Assembly: GCA_049275655.1 (NCBI GenBank)
Contig: JBASUY010000042.1
Coordinates: 68,690-120,105, forward strand
Source: Candidatus Omnitrophota bacterium
Lineage (GTDB): Bacteria > Omnitrophota > Gorgyraeia > Gygaellales > Profunditerraquicolaceae
Length of the DNA: 51,416 bases
Direction: 5' to 3'
Shown here: in pieces, positions 1 to 9,763 of the stretch
Layout of the letters: every line of letters begins with the position of its first letter
How positions within the stretch are numbered: the stretch's first letter is position 1
Made by a program: the position numbers and the translations under genes
The notes under the pieces: generated by a model
What the model saw: the letters and a program-made list of their open reading frames with translations, nothing else
Told to the model about the DNA's origin: nothing
Databases searched by the model: none

Positions 1-495
1 GCCAGGCCGGGAATAATTATTGGAAGGCACGGAGTTGACATAGAGAGGTTAAGAGAAGATTTAAATAGCATGTTAAAGCAGGAAGTAGCGATTGATATAG
101 AAGAGATAAAAAATCCGGCTTGGGATGCCCAGTTAGTAGCGGAGAATATTGCTTTTCAACAGGAGAAGAGGGTTGCTTTTCGCCGCGCAGTTAAAAGGGC
201 TATGGAGCAGTCTATTAATGCCGGAGTTAAGGGGATAAGGGTCTCTTGTTCCGGACGGCTTAATGGCGCAGAGATGTCGCGCACAGAGATGTATAAACAA
301 GGAAAGGTTCCGTTGCAGACACTGCGTGCTGATATAGACTATGGTTTTGCAGAGGCCTTAACTACTTACGGGCTTATCGGAGTAAAGGTATGGATATATA
401 AGGGTGATATTTTACGTAAAAAGAAACAAAAAGAAGAGTCTGTAGAGGAGCCTGTTCAGCAAGAGGATGGCCTTAATCCACAGGAGGCAAAGTAA
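1..495 (+). CDS. rpsC: 30S ribosomal protein uS3, C-terminal part (5' end outside window)
   Basis: Frame 1 is open from base 1 ([20 protein letters not shown]...[27 protein letters not shown]), a typical uS3 KH/C-terminal domain. Lies directly upstream of rplP. Confidence 0.9.
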   Translation, partial: ARPGIIIGRHGVDIERLREDLNSMLKQEVAIDIEEIKNPAWDAQLVAENIAFQQEKRVAFRRAVKRAMEQSINAGVKGIRVSCSGRLNGAEMSRTEMYKQGKVPLQTLRADIDYGFAEALTTYGLIGVKVWIYKGDILRKKKQKEESVEEPVQQEDGLNPQEAK

Positions 496-911
496 TGGCC
501 TTAATGCCTAAAAGAGTTAAATATCGTAAGCTTCAGAAAGGAAAGCGTAGGGGTGTTGCTACTACGGGAGCAGATTTAGCCTTTGGCGAGTTTGGGTTAA
601 AAAGCTTAGACAACGGTTGGATTAAAAATAACCAGATTGAAGCCGCGCGTGTTATTATTGCCCGTCAGTTACATAAAGGAGGAAAGCTTTGGATAAGGGT
701 ATTCCCCGATAAATCAATTACCAAGAAACCTGCTGAGGTGCGTATGGGTAAGGGCAAAGGCGATTTGGATCATTGGGTTGCGGTGATAAAGAGGGGCCGA
801 GTGTTATTTGAAATAGGAGGCGTTCCGGAAGAATATGCGCGTAGGTGTTTTAGTTTAGTAGCCTACAAGTTTCCTTTAAGGACTAAATTTATAAGCAGGG
901 TGCATAAGTAA
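495..911 (+). CDS. rplP: 50S ribosomal protein uL16
   Basis: [21 protein letters not shown]-terminus and overall uL16 pattern. ATG overlaps the rpsC stop (TAATG). Confidence 0.95.
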   Translation: MALMPKRVKYRKLQKGKRRGVATTGADLAFGEFGLKSLDNGWIKNNQIEAARVIIARQLHKGGKLWIRVFPDKSITKKPAEVRMGKGKGDLDHWVAVIKRGRVLFEIGGVPEEYARRCFSLVAYKFPLRTKFISRVHK

Positions 912-912
912 A

Positions 913-1116
913 ATGGGAAAAAGGGAAAAGGTTAAAGATTTAATGGGTTTATCTAAGCAGGAACTCTTAGATAAAGAAAAGTCCTTAAAAAAAGAGCTCT
1001 ATCAACTTAATTTATCCCGTTATGCAGGCAGGGTTGAGAAGCCACATGTCTTTTCGTTGATTAAAAAAGATATAGCGCGTATTAAAACTGCCCTTAATCA
1101 AAAGAGGGAAGAGTAA
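913..1116 (+). CDS. rpmC: 50S ribosomal protein uL29
   Basis: 67-aa helical protein (LSKQELLDKEKSLKKELYQLNL) in the conserved rplP-rpmC-rpsQ position. Confidence 0.9.
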   Translation: MGKREKVKDLMGLSKQELLDKEKSLKKELYQLNLSRYAGRVEKPHVFSLIKKDIARIKTALNQKREE

Positions 1117-1117
1117 T

Positions 1118-1402
1118 ATGGGCAAAAGAAGAGAGTATATCGGAACTGTAGTAAGTGATAAGATGCAAAAGACCGTAGTGGTACGTGTTATGCAGATGAG
1201 TAAACACCCTAAATATTCGCGCATTGTTAAGATCTATAATAAGTTTAAAGCTGATAATAAAGACGGGTTAGCTAAAGCAGGCGATACGGTGCGTATAGAA
1301 GAGACTAGGCCGCTCTCTAAAGATAAACGGTTTAGGGTGGTAGAAGTTGTTAAAAAAGCTCAAGCCTTTATTGTAGAAAAATCTGAGGAGACAAAAGAAT
1401 GA
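1118..1402 (+). CDS. rpsQ: 30S ribosomal protein uS17
   Basis: [16 protein letters not shown] ... HPKYSRIVK pattern of uS17; operon position. Confidence 0.93.
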   Translation: MGKRREYIGTVVSDKMQKTVVVRVMQMSKHPKYSRIVKIYNKFKADNKDGLAKAGDTVRIEETRPLSKDKRFRVVEVVKKAQAFIVEKSEETKE

Positions 1403-1767
1403 TCCAGCTTCGCAGTATATTAGATGTTGCGGATAATACCGGAGCAAAAAAAGCTTCAATGATAGGTGTTTTGAATAAAAAAAATTGCTTTTTTGCTATT
1501 GTCGGGGATATTATTAATGTCAATGTTAAAGAATCTGCTCCCGGCGCAACAGTAAAAAAAGGGGAAAAGGCAAGGGCAGTTATTGTAAGGACTAAGCATC
1601 CTATAAGAAGGCCGGACGGCTCTGTTTTAAGGTTTGACCGCAATGCCATAGTCTTTATTGATGCCCAGTCTAACCCTAGAGGAACCCGTATATTCGGGCC
1701 TGTAGCAAGGGAATTAAGGGAAAAAAAATTTACAAAGATTATATCATTAGCCCCTGAGGTTATATAG
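1399..1767 (+). CDS. rplN: 50S ribosomal protein uL14
   Basis: [19 protein letters not shown]-terminus is nearly invariant in uL14. ATGA overlap with rpsQ. Confidence 0.95.
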   Translation: MIQLRSILDVADNTGAKKASMIGVLNKKNCFFAIVGDIINVNVKESAPGATVKKGEKARAVIVRTKHPIRRPDGSVLRFDRNAIVFIDAQSNPRGTRIFGPVARELREKKFTKIISLAPEVI

Positions 1768-2079
1768 ATGCTTAAGATAAAAAAAGGCGACACAGTAGAG
1801 GTAACAGCAGGCAAGGATAAGGGTAAGTCCGGAAAGGTCTTGAGTATAAACTTATCTTCAGGAAAAGCCCTTGTGGAAGGGGTTAACTTAGTTAAAAAAC
1901 ACAAGCGGCAGACACGCCAAGATGAAAAAGGAGGCATAGTCTCTATTGAGATGCCGATATCAATATCAAATATTGCCTTGTTTTGTAAGGGGTGTAACCG
2001 TAAGACAAGGGTAGGTTTTGAAAAGTTAAAAGACGGGACAAGGGTTAGAATTTGTAAATCTTGCAAAGAGGCGCTATAA
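1768..2079 (+). CDS. rplX: 50S ribosomal protein uL24
   Basis: KOW motif [23 protein letters not shown]; operon position. Confidence 0.93.
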   Translation: MLKIKKGDTVEVTAGKDKGKSGKVLSINLSSGKALVEGVNLVKKHKRQTRQDEKGGIVSIEMPISISNIALFCKGCNRKTRVGFEKLKDGTRVRICKSCKEAL

Positions 2080-2080
2080 G

Positions 2081-2635
2081 ATGATACCTAGGTTATTAGA
2101 AAGATATAGAAGAGAGATAATCCCGCAGATGATGGAAGAGTTTAGCATTAAAAATAGGCTTGCTGTTCCGCGAATAGAAAAGATAGTTATTAATATGGGC
2201 GTAGGCGAAGCATTGCAGGATATAAAGATATTGGATAAGGCTATGGATGAGCTGGCTCTTATATCCGGACAAAAACCGGTTATGCGCCGGGCAAAAAAAG
2301 CTATTGCAAATTTTAAAATCAGACAGGGGGCTCCTATAGGCTGCAAGGTCACTTTACGCAGAAGTATGATGTATGAGTTTATGGACCGGTTGATAAGTAT
2401 AGCCTTGCCGCGTATTCGTGATTTTCGCGGAGTTTCGTTAAATGCTTTTGATAAGGCAGGAAATTATACCTTAGGATTAACCGAACAAGGGATATTCCCT
2501 GAGATAGAGTATGATAAATTAACCAGGACCCAGGGGATGGATATTACTTTTGTTGTTAAAAATGTCAGAAAAAAGGAAGAGGCAGTAGCGCTTTTAAAGA
2601 TGTTTGGCATGCCTTTTAAGACAGAGAAAGAATAA
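2081..2635 (+). CDS. rplE: 50S ribosomal protein uL5
   Basis: [18 protein letters not shown] ... NMGVGEA ... GMDITFV, typical uL5. Confidence 0.95.
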   Translation: MIPRLLERYRREIIPQMMEEFSIKNRLAVPRIEKIVINMGVGEALQDIKILDKAMDELALISGQKPVMRRAKKAIANFKIRQGAPIGCKVTLRRSMMYEFMDRLISIALPRIRDFRGVSLNAFDKAGNYTLGLTEQGIFPEIEYDKLTRTQGMDITFVVKNVRKKEEAVALLKMFGMPFKTEKE

Positions 2636-2647
2636 ACCTTAAAATTT

Positions 2648-2833
2648 ATGGCAAAAAATTCACAGATAGCTCGATGGAGCCGTAAACCAAAATTTTCTAC
2701 CCGTAAGCATAATAGATGTGCTATTTGCGGTAGGTCAGGAGGGTATCTGCGCAGGTTCCAGCTCTGCCGCATCTGCTTTAGAGAATTGGTTTGGCAGGGG
2801 GCAATACCCGGGGTTAAAAAAGCGAGCTGGTAA
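2648..2833 (+). CDS. rpsN: 30S ribosomal protein uS14, zinc-binding type Z
   Basis: 61 aa with [20 protein letters not shown] (C-x2-C-x12-C-x2-C); spc operon position. Confidence 0.93.
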   Translation: MAKNSQIARWSRKPKFSTRKHNRCAICGRSGGYLRRFQLCRICFRELVWQGAIPGVKKASW

Positions 2834-2855
2834 TTTTAAAAGATTAGGAGAATAA

Positions 2856-3251
2856 ATGTCTAGGAGCGATTTAATAGCCGATGTTTTTACAATAATAAGA
2901 AACGCGGTTATGATAAAAAAGGATATTGTAGATCTACCCTGTTCTAATACGGTCAAGGCTATACTCTCTATACTTAAAAATGAAGGGTATATAGAGAACT
3001 TAAAGTTAATTGAGGATAAAAAACAGGGGATAGCGCGGGTTTACCTGAAATATACTGCAGGAAAGCCTGCGATAAGGAATATTAAAAGGGTCTCCCGTCC
3101 GGGGCTACGCGTTTATGTGGGGAATAAAAAAGTTCCGGTAGTTTTAAGGGGAAAGGGGCTTGCAATAATATCTACCCCTAAGGGGTTGATGACAGATAAT
3201 GATGCGCGTAAGCAGGGTTTAGGCGGAGAAGTCATAGGGTATGTTTGGTAG
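2856..3251 (+). CDS. rpsH: 30S ribosomal protein uS8
   Basis: DLIADVFTIIRNA N-terminus and GGEVIGYVW C-terminus, typical of uS8. Confidence 0.95.
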   Translation: MSRSDLIADVFTIIRNAVMIKKDIVDLPCSNTVKAILSILKNEGYIENLKLIEDKKQGIARVYLKYTAGKPAIRNIKRVSRPGLRVYVGNKKVPVVLRGKGLAIISTPKGLMTDNDARKQGLGGEVIGYVW

Positions 3252-3272
3252 TTTATTAAATCGGGGTTTTTT

Positions 3273-3824
3273 ATGTCAAGATTAGGGAAAAAGGCAGTTA
3301 TTTATCCAAAAGAAGTAAAGATAACGGTTAAGGATAGCTCTGTTTTTGTTGAAGGCCCTAAGGGGAAGTTGAATATGCCTTTGTCCCCGAGGATTAATTT
3401 AGAGATAACAGAGGGACAGCTTTTAGTTAAGAGAGTTGCTGATGCAAAGACGGATAGGGCTTTACACGGTTTAACGAGAGCGTTATTAGTAAATATGGTA
3501 AAAGGAGTAACCGAAGGCTATAAAAAGGAGCTTGAGATTATAGGGGTAGGTTTTAAGGCGGCTATACAGGGAAATACCTTGAACCTTAACTTAGGGTTTT
3601 CTCATCCGGTTACATATTTAATACCTGAAGGCATTAAAGTAGAGATACCTAAGCCTACGCAATTAATAATTACAGGAATAGACAAAGAGCTTATTGGCAA
3701 GGTCTCAACTGAAATCCGTTCTATTTGCCCTCCTGAGCCTTATAAGGGTAAAGGTATAAGATTTTTAGGAGAGGTTGTAAAGAAGAAAGTTGGGAAAGCC
3801 CAAGCCACCGGCGCAGGTAAATAA
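3273..3824 (+). CDS. rplF: 50S ribosomal protein uL6
   Basis: SRLGKKAVIYPKEV ... two-repeat uL6 architecture; operon position. Confidence 0.95.
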   Translation: MSRLGKKAVIYPKEVKITVKDSSVFVEGPKGKLNMPLSPRINLEITEGQLLVKRVADAKTDRALHGLTRALLVNMVKGVTEGYKKELEIIGVGFKAAIQGNTLNLNLGFSHPVTYLIPEGIKVEIPKPTQLIITGIDKELIGKVSTEIRSICPPEPYKGKGIRFLGEVVKKKVGKAQATGAGK

Positions 3825-3842
3825 GAGGAGGTTTTTGTTAAG

Positions 3843-4202
3843 GTGAATAAGAAAGAACTTTCTAGGCTTAAGCGGCACCGTAGGATAAGGATTAGGATGC
3901 GAGGGACTGAAGTGCGCCCTAGATTGGTAATGAAGAGGAGCCTGAATAATTTATCCGCGACAGTAATTGATGATACGCAGGATAAGGTACTTCTTTCTTT
4001 TTCTAGCGCAAATAAGGATTTTAGGCAAAAGGTTAAGAATGCCGGTAATGTAAAATCAGCCGAGGAGTTTGCAAACTTTTTTGCCTCTAAGGCTAAAGAG
4101 AAAGGGATTACTAAGATAGTGTTTGACCGCGCAGGTTATCTTTATCATGGGAGGATTAAGGCGTTTGCCGAATCTTTAAGAAAAAACGGAATGGAGTTTT
4201 AA
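3843..4202 (+). CDS. rplR: 50S ribosomal protein uL18
   Basis: RLKRHRRIRIRMRGT ... FDRAGYLYHGRIKAFAESLR. GTG start preceded by GAGGAGG. Confidence 0.9.
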   Translation: MNKKELSRLKRHRRIRIRMRGTEVRPRLVMKRSLNNLSATVIDDTQDKVLLSFSSANKDFRQKVKNAGNVKSAEEFANFFASKAKEKGITKIVFDRAGYLYHGRIKAFAESLRKNGMEF

Positions 4203-4205
4203 GAT

Positions 4206-4658
4206 ATGCGTGAATTAAGCATTGAGCAACAGCCGGATTTAATAGAAAAGGTTATTACCATTAACCGCGTAACAAAGGTTACCAAGGGAGGCAAGAAGCT
4301 GCATTTTAGCGCCCTTGTCGTTGTCGGAGATACAAAGGGTAGGGTAGGTTTTGCTTTGGATAAGGCAAATGAAGTTGCAGATGCAATCAGAAAGTCTTTG
4401 ACTAAAGCCAAGAAGAACCTTTTTTTAGTCCCCCTTGAGGGCTCGACCATACCTCATGAGATTATAGGCGAATACGGCGCTGCTAAGGTTATGTTAAAGC
4501 CAGCCTCAGAAGGGACAGGCGTTATAGCTGCCGGACCGGTGCGCGCCATTTGTGAAGCCGCAGGCATAAAAGATATACTGACAAAATGCTTAACCTCTAA
4601 TAATCCGATTAACGTAATTAAGGCTACGATGGAGGGCTTAAAAAACCTTAAATCTTAA
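4206..4658 (+). CDS. rpsE: 30S ribosomal protein uS5
   Basis: [24 protein letters not shown] motif of uS5. Confidence 0.95.
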   Translation: MRELSIEQQPDLIEKVITINRVTKVTKGGKKLHFSALVVVGDTKGRVGFALDKANEVADAIRKSLTKAKKNLFLVPLEGSTIPHEIIGEYGAAKVMLKPASEGTGVIAAGPVRAICEAAGIKDILTKCLTSNNPINVIKATMEGLKNLKS

Positions 4659-4663
4659 AAAAG

Positions 4664-5131
4664 ATGGATAAGACAGATAACAATAAAGTAATAGGCTTAT
4701 TTAATTTATCAAAGCCACGAGGTTCCCGAAAGAAAAGGAAATACCTTGGACGTGGCTCAGGCTCAGGGCACGGTAAGACATCTACCCGCGGAAGCAAAGG
4801 GCAGACTTCCCGCGCAGGCAGGCATTTTTATACGGGGCTTGAAGGAGGGCAGTCTCCACTTATACGCAGGATTCCAAAAAGAGGATTTGTAAGCATAAAT
4901 AAAAAACGCTATCAGATTGTCCCTTTAGGTTCGCTTGACAAATTAAAAGAGCCTATTATAGACCCGCAACTTCTTAAAGATAAAGGTTTAATAAAAGATA
5001 AGGAAAAGCCTGTTAAGGTTTTAGGAAGTTGTAAGTTAAAATCTTCTCTTACGGTTAAGGCGCATGCTTTTTCAAAGCAGGCAGCGCTTAATATAAAAAA
5101 CTCAGGCGGTAAGATAGAAGTTATAAATTAA
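4664..5131 (+). CDS. rplO: 50S ribosomal protein uL15
   Basis: GRGSGSGHGKTSTRGSKGQ motif. Follows rpsE after only 5 nt, so there is no rpmD. Confidence 0.9.
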   Translation: MDKTDNNKVIGLFNLSKPRGSRKKRKYLGRGSGSGHGKTSTRGSKGQTSRAGRHFYTGLEGGQSPLIRRIPKRGFVSINKKRYQIVPLGSLDKLKEPIIDPQLLKDKGLIKDKEKPVKVLGSCKLKSSLTVKAHAFSKQAALNIKNSGGKIEVIN

Positions 5132-6489
5132 TGGCATTAGTTGACCTTAGTCCTTTAGTAAATTCTTTTAAGATTCCGGATTTAAAGAAGCGCCTCATAA
5201 TAACCGGGATTCTGATTATTATATATAGGATAGGTTGCTATATACCCACCCCCGGCATAGACGGAGCGGCTTTGGCGGAGTTTTTTGCCCGCGTAGCGCG
5301 CACTCAAGGGGGGACGCTCTTTGGCATAATGAATATGTTCTCTGGTGGGGCTATGGAGAAATTGACAATATTTGCGTTAGGGATAATGCCGTATATATCC
5401 TCGTCAATCATCATGCAGTTATTAACCGCTGTTATTCCCGCCTTAGAAAAGATATCCAAAGAGGGTAAGTCCGGGTATGAAAAGATTAATCAGCTTACTC
5501 GTTACGGGACCGTAGGCCTTGCAATAATACAGTCATTTTTTATCTCCCTTTGGCTTGAGAACCCTGCGCGTTTTGAAGGGCTAAAGATAGTCTTAAGCCC
5601 CGGATGGGGGTTTAGGATAGTTACGGTATTGACCCTTACTACCGGGACAATCTTTATAATGTGGTTAGGAGAGCAGATTCAAGAAAGAGGGATAGGGAAT
5701 GGAATATCCTTGATTATTACAGCAGGTATAATTTCAAGGATACCTGCGGCTATTCATCAGCTATTTATCTTGGTTTCTCCTTTTGCCCCCAGCCGTAGGC
5801 AGATACAACCTTTTACTTTGGTAATAATGACTATATTTTTAATAGCGGTAGTCTTTTCAGTAATACTTATTACTCAAGGGGTAAGAAAGATACCTGTGCA
5901 ATATGCAAGAAGAATAGTGGGCAGAAAGATATACGGGGGGCAATCTACCTATATACCTTTAAAAGTAGATACCGCAGGCGTTATAGCTATTATTTTTGCC
6001 CAATCAATAATTCTCTTCCCGGCGACATTAGCCTCTTTTATTCCTAACCCGGGATTTCAAAGGTTGGCTCAAGGTTTAATGCGCGGACAGTTGCCTTATA
6101 CCCTTACTTATGCTTTTTTGATTATCTTCTTTTGTTATTTTTATACTGCGATAGTATTTAACCCTGTGGACCTTTCAGAAAATATGAAGAAATACGGAGG
6201 GTTTATTCCGGGGATAAGGCCGGGGAAGCCAACAGCAGAGTTTCTTGATTATGTGATGACGAGGATTACCTTAGCCGGAGCGCTCTTCATTGCTTTTATT
6301 GCTATCTTCCCTGATTTTATAATGGCTTGGCTTAAAATCCCCTATTTGGTAGCTTCATTTTTCGGAGGTACGGGTATATTAATTATCGTAGGGGTTATGC
6401 TAGATACATTAAAACAGATAGAGTCGCATCTTTTAACCCACCACTATGAAGGGTTTATAAAGGGTGGGCAGATGAGGAGTAGAAGGTGA
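5131..6489 (+). CDS. secY: Preprotein translocase subunit SecY
   Basis: 452 aa, multi-pass membrane protein with GIMPYISSSIIMQLL and FGGTGILIIVGV motifs; spc operon position. Confidence 0.95.
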   Translation: MALVDLSPLVNSFKIPDLKKRLIITGILIIIYRIGCYIPTPGIDGAALAEFFARVARTQGGTLFGIMNMFSGGAMEKLTIFALGIMPYISSSIIMQLLTAVIPALEKISKEGKSGYEKINQLTRYGTVGLAIIQSFFISLWLENPARFEGLKIVLSPGWGFRIVTVLTLTTGTIFIMWLGEQIQERGIGNGISLIITAGIISRIPAAIHQLFILVSPFAPSRRQIQPFTLVIMTIFLIAVVFSVILITQGVRKIPVQYARRIVGRKIYGGQSTYIPLKVDTAGVIAIIFAQSIILFPATLASFIPNPGFQRLAQGLMRGQLPYTLTYAFLIIFFCYFYTAIVFNPVDLSENMKKYGGFIPGIRPGKPTAEFLDYVMTRITLAGALFIAFIAIFPDFIMAWLKIPYLVASFFGGTGILIIVGVMLDTLKQIESHLLTHHYEGFIKGGQMRSRR

Positions 6490-7130
6490 TGCGTATTATT
6501 TTATTAGGCCCTCCGGGAGCAGGCAAAGGAACACAGGCAAAGGCTTTGGCTGAAAAGTTAAAGGTAGCCCATATTTCTACCGGAGATATCCTAAGGCAGA
6601 ATGTTAAAGAAGGGACTGCGTTAGGCAAGGAGGCTAAAGATTATATGGAGCGTGGGCTATTGGTTCCGGATGAGCTTATGGCAAAGATGTTAAAGAAGAG
6701 GTTTTCTTTAGCCGATGTTAAAGGAGGATTTATACTTGATGGTTATCCAAGGAACCTTGCTCAGGCAAAGACTTTAGAAGAGATATTTTTACTAGAAGGC
6801 ATAGAAGTTGATTGGATAGTATATCTTGATTCCAGTGAAGAGGTTATAATACAAAGATTATCAGGAAGATTGGTCTGTTCTAAGTGCCAAGCAAACTACC
6901 ATATTAAAAACATGCCCCCTAAAAAAGAGGGTATTTGCGATAAGTGCGGTAGCGTTCTTTACCAAAGAAGCGACGATAAAGCAGAGACTATTAAAAAGCG
7001 TTTAGAGGTTTATAGAAAAGAGTCTGCTGAGTTAATTGATTATTATAAAGACCAGGGCAAGTTTCAACGTTTAGATGCAGATTCCGAAGCTAGTCTTGTC
7101 CTTGACCAGATAGCTGCTCTTGCTAAATAA
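6489..7130 (+). CDS. adk: Adenylate kinase (zinc-lid type)
   Basis: P-loop GPPGAGKGTQA; LID with CSKC...CDKC. The ATG at 6489 overlaps the secY TGA. An in-frame GTG at 6486 is an alternative start. Confidence 0.93.
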   Translation: MRIILLGPPGAGKGTQAKALAEKLKVAHISTGDILRQNVKEGTALGKEAKDYMERGLLVPDELMAKMLKKRFSLADVKGGFILDGYPRNLAQAKTLEEIFLLEGIEVDWIVYLDSSEEVIIQRLSGRLVCSKCQANYHIKNMPPKKEGICDKCGSVLYQRSDDKAETIKKRLEVYRKESAELIDYYKDQGKFQRLDADSEASLVLDQIAALAK

Positions 7131-7134
7131 TGCC

Positions 7135-7884
7135 ATGATTCCTTTAAAGTCTAGTGAGGATTTAGAGGTTCTTGAAAAATCAGGAGAAATTTTAAGCAAG
7201 GTTATGAGTAAGCTTAAGGCTATGGTAGCCCCCGGTATTTTAACCCGGGATATAGATTCCCTTGCCGAAGATTTGATAACTAAGGAAGGGGCGTTGCCTG
7301 CTTTTAAAGGATATAAAGGATACCCGGCTTCAGTATGTACTTCTGTTAATGAGGAGATAGTGCATGGGATTCCTAGCAAAAGGGCGCTTAAAGAAGGGGA
7401 TATAATAGGGATTGATCTTGGGGTAAATTATAAGGGTTATTTTACGGATGCAGCTTTAACTTTAGCCGTAGGAGATGTAGGCCTTAAACTCCGTAAGTTG
7501 ATTGATGTCTCTCGTAAGGCGCTTGAGGGAGCAATAGGCAAGGCTATTGACGGAAATAACCTTTCGGATATCTCAAGTTATATACAAAGCTTTGTTGAGG
7601 CTAATGGGTTTTCGGTTGTCAGGCAGTTTGTAGGGCACGGGATTGGTTTTAGCCTTCATGAGGAGCCGGAGATTCCCAATTTCGGTGTCCCCGGACAAGG
7701 CCCGCTTTTAAAGAGTGGTATGGTGCTTGCGATAGAGCCTATGGTTAATATGGGTGGTTGGGAAGCGGATATTTTAGATAATGGTTGGACTGCGGTGACT
7801 AAAGACAAGTCTCCCTCAGCCCATTTTGAACATACTGTAGCTATCACTCCCCAAGGGCCAAAGATACTTACTGATTATGCCTAA
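7135..7884 (+). CDS. map: Methionine aminopeptidase type I
   Basis: M24 pita-bread motifs ([30 protein letters not shown]). The ORF is open from TTG 7120; the ATG at 7135 lies just after the adk stop and is preferred. Confidence 0.9.
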   Translation: MIPLKSSEDLEVLEKSGEILSKVMSKLKAMVAPGILTRDIDSLAEDLITKEGALPAFKGYKGYPASVCTSVNEEIVHGIPSKRALKEGDIIGIDLGVNYKGYFTDAALTLAVGDVGLKLRKLIDVSRKALEGAIGKAIDGNNLSDISSYIQSFVEANGFSVVRQFVGHGIGFSLHEEPEIPNFGVPGQGPLLKSGMVLAIEPMVNMGGWEADILDNGWTAVTKDKSPSAHFEHTVAITPQGPKILTDYA

Positions 7885-8095
7885 AGAAGAACTTATAGAG
7901 ACCGAAGGAAAGATTTTGGAAGCTTTGCCAAATGCGATGTTTAAGGTAGAGCTTGAAAATGGACATATTGTCTTAGCGCACGTCTCAGGAAAGATGCGCA
8001 TGCATTTTATAAGGATTCTTCCCGGAGATAAGGTAAAGCTTGAATTGTCCCCCTATGATTTAACCAGGGGGAGGATAACTTTTAGAGTAAAATAG
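7877..8095 (+). CDS. infA: Translation initiation factor IF-1
   Basis: 72-aa S1-like fold, [31 protein letters not shown]. Confidence 0.95.
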   Translation: MPKEELIETEGKILEALPNAMFKVELENGHIVLAHVSGKMRMHFIRILPGDKVKLELSPYDLTRGRITFRVK

Positions 8096-8111
8096 ACGGA
8101 GGCCTTAAGAG

Positions 8112-8225
8112 GTGAAAGTAAAAGCATCGGTAAAGAAGATTTGCGATAAATGTAAAATTATTAAGAGGCGCAGGGTTATTAGGGTGATTTGTTCTAGCCC
8201 TAAACATAAACAAAGACAGGGGTAA
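8112..8225 (+). CDS. rpmJ: 50S ribosomal protein bL36 (zinc type)
   Basis: Not in the ORF track (<60 aa). GTG..TAA encodes [37 protein letters not shown] (C-x2-C-x12-C-x4-H). GGAGG lies 9 nt upstream. Confidence 0.9.
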   Translation: MKVKASVKKICDKCKIIKRRRVIRVICSSPKHKQRQG

Positions 8226-8243
8226 TTTATTAACTATAGTAAA

Positions 8244-8262
8244 GCCTGCTTTTAAGGCAGGC
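8244..8262 (+). promoter_or_regulatory. Hairpin GCCTGC-N7-GCAGGC in the rpmJ-rpsM spacer, next to the rpsM RBS
   Basis: Perfect 6-bp GC-rich stem read directly from the sequence, with no T-tract after it. GGGAGAG and the rpsM ATG (8276) follow immediately. Confidence 0.3.
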
Positions 8263-8275
8263 AGGGAGAGTTTTA

Positions 8276-8683
8276 ATGCCAAGAATCCTAGGTGTTGATT
8301 TACCTAAAGAAAAGAAAATAGAGATATCACTTGCTTATCTATATGGTATAGGCAGGGCGTCATCAACCAAGTTGCTTAAAGAGATAAATATTGATCCTGC
8401 TAAACGCGCTAAGGACTTAACCGAAGAAGAGGTAGCGCGGATAACCAACCATCTTCAAAAAGGGTCGTTAAGGGTGGAGGGAGATTTACGCAGGGATATC
8501 TCCCAGAACATAAAAAGGTTGATGGATATAAGTTCTTGGAGGGGCTCTAGGCATAGAAAAGGGCTTCCGGTCAGGGGCCAGCGCACTAGGACCAATGCCC
8601 GGACCCGTAAAGGCCCGCGTAAGGGGAGCATGGCTGTTGTTAAAAAAGCTGCGCCTGCTAAGTCAGCTAAACCCGCTAAATAA
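8276..8683 (+). CDS. rpsM: 30S ribosomal protein uS13
   Basis: [26 protein letters not shown]-terminus; Ala/Lys-rich C-terminal tail. Confidence 0.95.
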   Translation: MPRILGVDLPKEKKIEISLAYLYGIGRASSTKLLKEINIDPAKRAKDLTEEEVARITNHLQKGSLRVEGDLRRDISQNIKRLMDISSWRGSRHRKGLPVRGQRTRTNARTRKGPRKGSMAVVKKAAPAKSAKPAK

Positions 8684-8708
8684 TTAAAAGAAAGGCTGGA
8701 GATAATTA

Positions 8709-9098
8709 ATGGCAACAAAAGATAAAGCAAAGAAAAAAAAGTTAGCAAAAGGTATCACCTCAGGGATTGTGCACATCCAAGCTAGTTTCAATAATACTAT
8801 TATTACTATTACGGATAAGCAGGGGAATGTCTTGATATGGTCTGCCCCGGGGATAGTTGGTTATAAGGGGTCTAAAAAATCTACTCCTTTTGCTGCTCAG
8901 GTAGCAGCCTCAGATGCTGCTAAGAAGGCAAAGGATATAGGATTAAAGGAAGTTGAGGTTAGAGTGAAAGGCCCGGGTTTTGGCAGGGAATCTGCTATCA
9001 GGGCACTTCAGGCAGCAGGCTTAGTTATTACATTAATAAAGGATGTAACCCCCATCCCGCATAATGGGTGCCGTCCTAAGAAGAAAAGGAGAGTGTAA
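8709..9098 (+). CDS. rpsK: 30S ribosomal protein uS11
   Basis: [18 protein letters not shown] motif. Confidence 0.95.
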   Translation: MATKDKAKKKKLAKGITSGIVHIQASFNNTIITITDKQGNVLIWSAPGIVGYKGSKKSTPFAAQVAASDAAKKAKDIGLKEVEVRVKGPGFGRESAIRALQAAGLVITLIKDVTPIPHNGCRPKKKRRV

Positions 9099-9101
9099 TT
9101 T

Positions 9102-9737
9102 ATGGCGCGTTATATAGATGCGGCATGTAGGCTATGCCGTAGGCAAGGAGAAAAATTATTTTTAAAAGGCACTAAATGCAATACTGAAAAATGCCCTGCT
9201 GCAAAGAGGCCTTATGCCCCAGGGCAACACGGCGCAGGTAAAGGCAGGAGGCAGAAGCTTTCTAATTACGGCTTACAGCTTAGAGAAAAGCAAAAAGTTA
9301 AAAGGACTTACGGGGTCTTAGAGAAGCAGTTCCGTAAATATTTTCACATAGCCTCAAGGTCTAAAGGCGTAACGGGTAAGGTCTTGTTACAACTTTTAGA
9401 GAGAAGGTTAGATAACGTTGTTTTCCGGATGGGTTTAGGCTTATCAAGGTCTCAGTCTAGGCAGATAGTAAGGCATAATTTTGTTTTTGTTAATTCAAAG
9501 AGGGTTAATATACCTTCTTTTCTAATCTCTAAGGATGACCTAGTGCAGGTTAAGGCCAAGGATAAAGCCTTAACTAAACTTAAGGAGAATTTAGAGTTTT
9601 CTAAAGATAGGACTGTTCCCAGCTGGTTAGAGTTTAAGGCTGATGAGTTGTCTGCTAAGATTTTAAGGCTCCCTGAAAAAGAAGATATTATGCAGAATAT
9701 ACAGGAACAGCTTATAGTTGAGTTGTATTCAAAGTAG
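9102..9737 (+). CDS. rpsD: 30S ribosomal protein uS4
   Basis: ARYIDAACRLCRRQGEKLFLKG N-terminus plus the S4 RNA-binding domain (LDNVVFRMGL). Confidence 0.95.
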   Translation: MARYIDAACRLCRRQGEKLFLKGTKCNTEKCPAAKRPYAPGQHGAGKGRRQKLSNYGLQLREKQKVKRTYGVLEKQFRKYFHIASRSKGVTGKVLLQLLERRLDNVVFRMGLGLSRSQSRQIVRHNFVFVNSKRVNIPSFLISKDDLVQVKAKDKALTKLKENLEFSKDRTVPSWLEFKADELSAKILRLPEKEDIMQNIQEQLIVELYSK

Positions 9738-9763
9738 TCTTAATTTTATTTAAGGAGGAATAG

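Noticed and set aside
1368-2066. 232-aa ORF on the minus strand across rplN and rplX.
   Set aside because: It lies fully antisense to two near-invariant ribosomal protein genes. The composition is low-complexity and hydrophobic, there is no RBS and no recognisable motif. This is a typical shadow ORF.
5235-5468. 77-aa alternative-frame ORF inside secY.
   Set aside because: It is out of frame within a highly conserved gene, so it is a chance ORF. The same reasoning applies to the other short embedded ORFs in the track, e.g. 22854-23246(-), 24549-24749(-) and 25229-25510(+).
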